NCBI GenBank assembly: GCA_002633005.1
Contig: NMRA01000174.1
Coordinates: forward strand, 332,030-396,029
Direction: 5' to 3'
DNA: 64,000 bases
From: Phoronis australis
Lineage: Eukaryota; Animalia; Phoronida
In this document: positions 61,811 through 64,000 of the stretch, in pieces
Layout: each line of letters starts with the position of its first letter
Position numbering within the stretch: the stretch's first letter is position 1
Made by a program: the position numbers and the translations under genes
Notes under the pieces: model-generated
Database searches by the model: none
Told to the model about the DNA's origin: nothing
Seen by the model: the letters and a program-made list of their open reading frames with translations, nothing else

Positions 61811-64000
61811 GAACAAAGTGACAACAATATGCGATCACATGGATACATGTAGGTGCATAGAAATTAAAACTATGATTTGGGAAGTTGTCTGCCTGAAAGA
61901 TGAACCTCTGAAAATCATCACAACAGCTGACCAGCAACGCGAAGAAGATGTGTGTGGTTCAGTTGTTTCTGTTGGACACTGATGAAAATACCAACATTAG
62001 CACTTGTCTGTCATAGTCGTCTTTCGTAGCAAATTCTGGTATTGACATAATATTTTGTCTAGAAATGATATCAGCTACTTGTCTCGTAATGGTGTATAGT
62101 GCTCATATCGCTGGTGAATGGGCAGAATGCACTTTTGATCCTATCACAGGTTTTATGAACACAGACTTTTAAAACTTTTGGAACGTCTGGGAGTATACCT
62201 TTAAGAGATTGTGACAGTGACGGCAAGACTGAATCATGTGGGACTGCGTCTCGGGTACCGTACACATTCAACACGCCTTGTAAGCTACATACTGTGTTGC
62301 AAAATGTATGACTACAACACAAGCCTCCATCCACTGAGTCAACCACCAGAGGTAAATACGACATTCGAGTTTAGTAAAACTTCCCAAGTGGGTGTCGAAA
62401 CTTTTGGAAAATGTAAAATCAACAATTACTAATAGGAACAAATATTGATAGTCGTCTGTTGGAATTTTTAAACAAATTACCATTAAATGCAAAGTACACC
62501 TTTTTACAATATTCTATTTATGTTAATTAGATAAATGCACATGCAACCATGTAGCGAAAAGATTAAGTCAATAGTAGAAAAGATTCTCTTTCATGCCAGA
62601 AGACAATAACGGAGCAGAGGGAGTACTCTACCATCAACAGACGTTATGTTAGTCAGCCTCTGTATATCTAATCATACTGTGAACATGCACGGCTTAATGC
62701 AAGGTTAAGAGGAGTCAATATTAGTTTGATGATTTCAAAGATCAGACAGGATAACCTTGAAGTTTTTAATATTTGGTGAATGTGATCGCATTGTAAGACG
62801 GCTTCATGCAGCACATAACTTTCACAGCACTGTCAGAAATTTAAAAGATTGTGAATCCCATCCAAATATAAGGAAACCAGTGAATATTGCTGTCAATACA
62901 TAACACATATTTGCTTTGTGTTCCTCTCAAGCTCTAGAGTGGTGTTAATAAGAATTCTTATAATATTGTGTCTTAAGACATAGAAAGTTTATCAGTGCCT
63001 CATGTTCAAATGTCAAAAACCTTTTACAGGTCTGTAATCAGTTTCTCTTTGCTTGTCAAGCAAGGATGCACTTAAATGGCATTGAAATATGTGATGGTAC
63101 AAATAACCTGGTCTTGGAATGACACCGAATAGTTTATCGTTTTCCTCAAAAATTGAGCGATACCTGTAATTTTGAAACTAATGAGTGTACAAAATATTGA
63201 AGGAATGTGAATTCGTGGTGAGGCCAAAGTGAGAGAAACTCTACAATATTTCGTTTCTTGGTTTTCTTTAAAAAGCAGTTATCATTTTTTTGTCAATTTT
63301 CAGTTCAAAAGGAGAACCTCAACAACTGATTCTTCATATCCGTGAAAAAGTGCAAATCAACAGTGCCCAAATAAAAAGAAAAGAATTCCACAGAATTATC
63401 AGCACTGGGTTTTAACCCTTATGTGCCTTGAAATTAGCAAGCTCTAGCCATTGAAACTGGCAAAGTTTATGCCCGCTCTAACATATCCAAATAACCACAC
63501 GGAATGATGGAATACTATGCGAACCTCACAAATAAGTTTAAGTAAAAAATCCCCCAAGTGCTGCACCAATCTACATCCTAATAAATCATTAAAGTGAGAT
63601 TGTGTCAGCACATTCCGAGCTCACAGCTAGCAGGACTATTAGGGCAAAACATCAACAATTAACGACAAAATATGGTAGACACGTGAATTACGTTTTCTGA
63701 TATTTCAAAAAAGACAAGTGGCACCGAATGAGTGCATTGCCATATTTAAGCTCTGCTCCATAGCTGCCATGAGACAATACTTTGAGAGACTGATTTTAGA
63801 ATTCCTTGAAAAATGAGAGAAAACAATATTTGTCCAAACATGTGCGATTTTATGGCAGGTTTGGTATGTTGGTACAAATCTACTTAGTTCAATGGGGAGT
63901 CTCATCTTGTTTTTGATTTTACGTGAAGATAAACTTTTAGATTTCCACAGAGGCGTTACGTCTAGAGTGGAGCTCAGAAGCGGTTTCAATCTCTAGAATT

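Overview
AT-rich invertebrate animal genomic DNA, probably lophotrochozoan judging by repeat style; the species cannot be determined. It is intron-rich, so the ORF track is mostly noise. Three spliced genes were rebuilt by hand with phase-consistent GT-AG junctions: the 3' part of MESD (+, 4 exons, ends KEEL), a complete SIN3 corepressor (+, 21 coding exons, about 1296 aa), and a convergent, 5'-truncated and unusually divergent Smad2/3 (-, 8 exons including a 30-nt microexon, ends SSMS). Introns and intergenic DNA hold many non-autonomous elements. Most notable: (1) a miniature LTR element (TRIM-like, with PBS, PPT and 4-bp TSD) whose LTRs contain a tRNA-derived Pol III cassette, an apparent animal counterpart of plant Cassandra; (2) a ~150-bp-period higher-order repeat with a CTCF-like motif in every monomer; (3) two Penelope-type inverted repeats with hammerhead-ribozyme relics in the Smad locus; (4) a 55-bp duplication of a Smad splice acceptor that could give an MH2-less isoform. 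There is a 341-N gap and two single-N joins, one beside a probable haplotype duplication.
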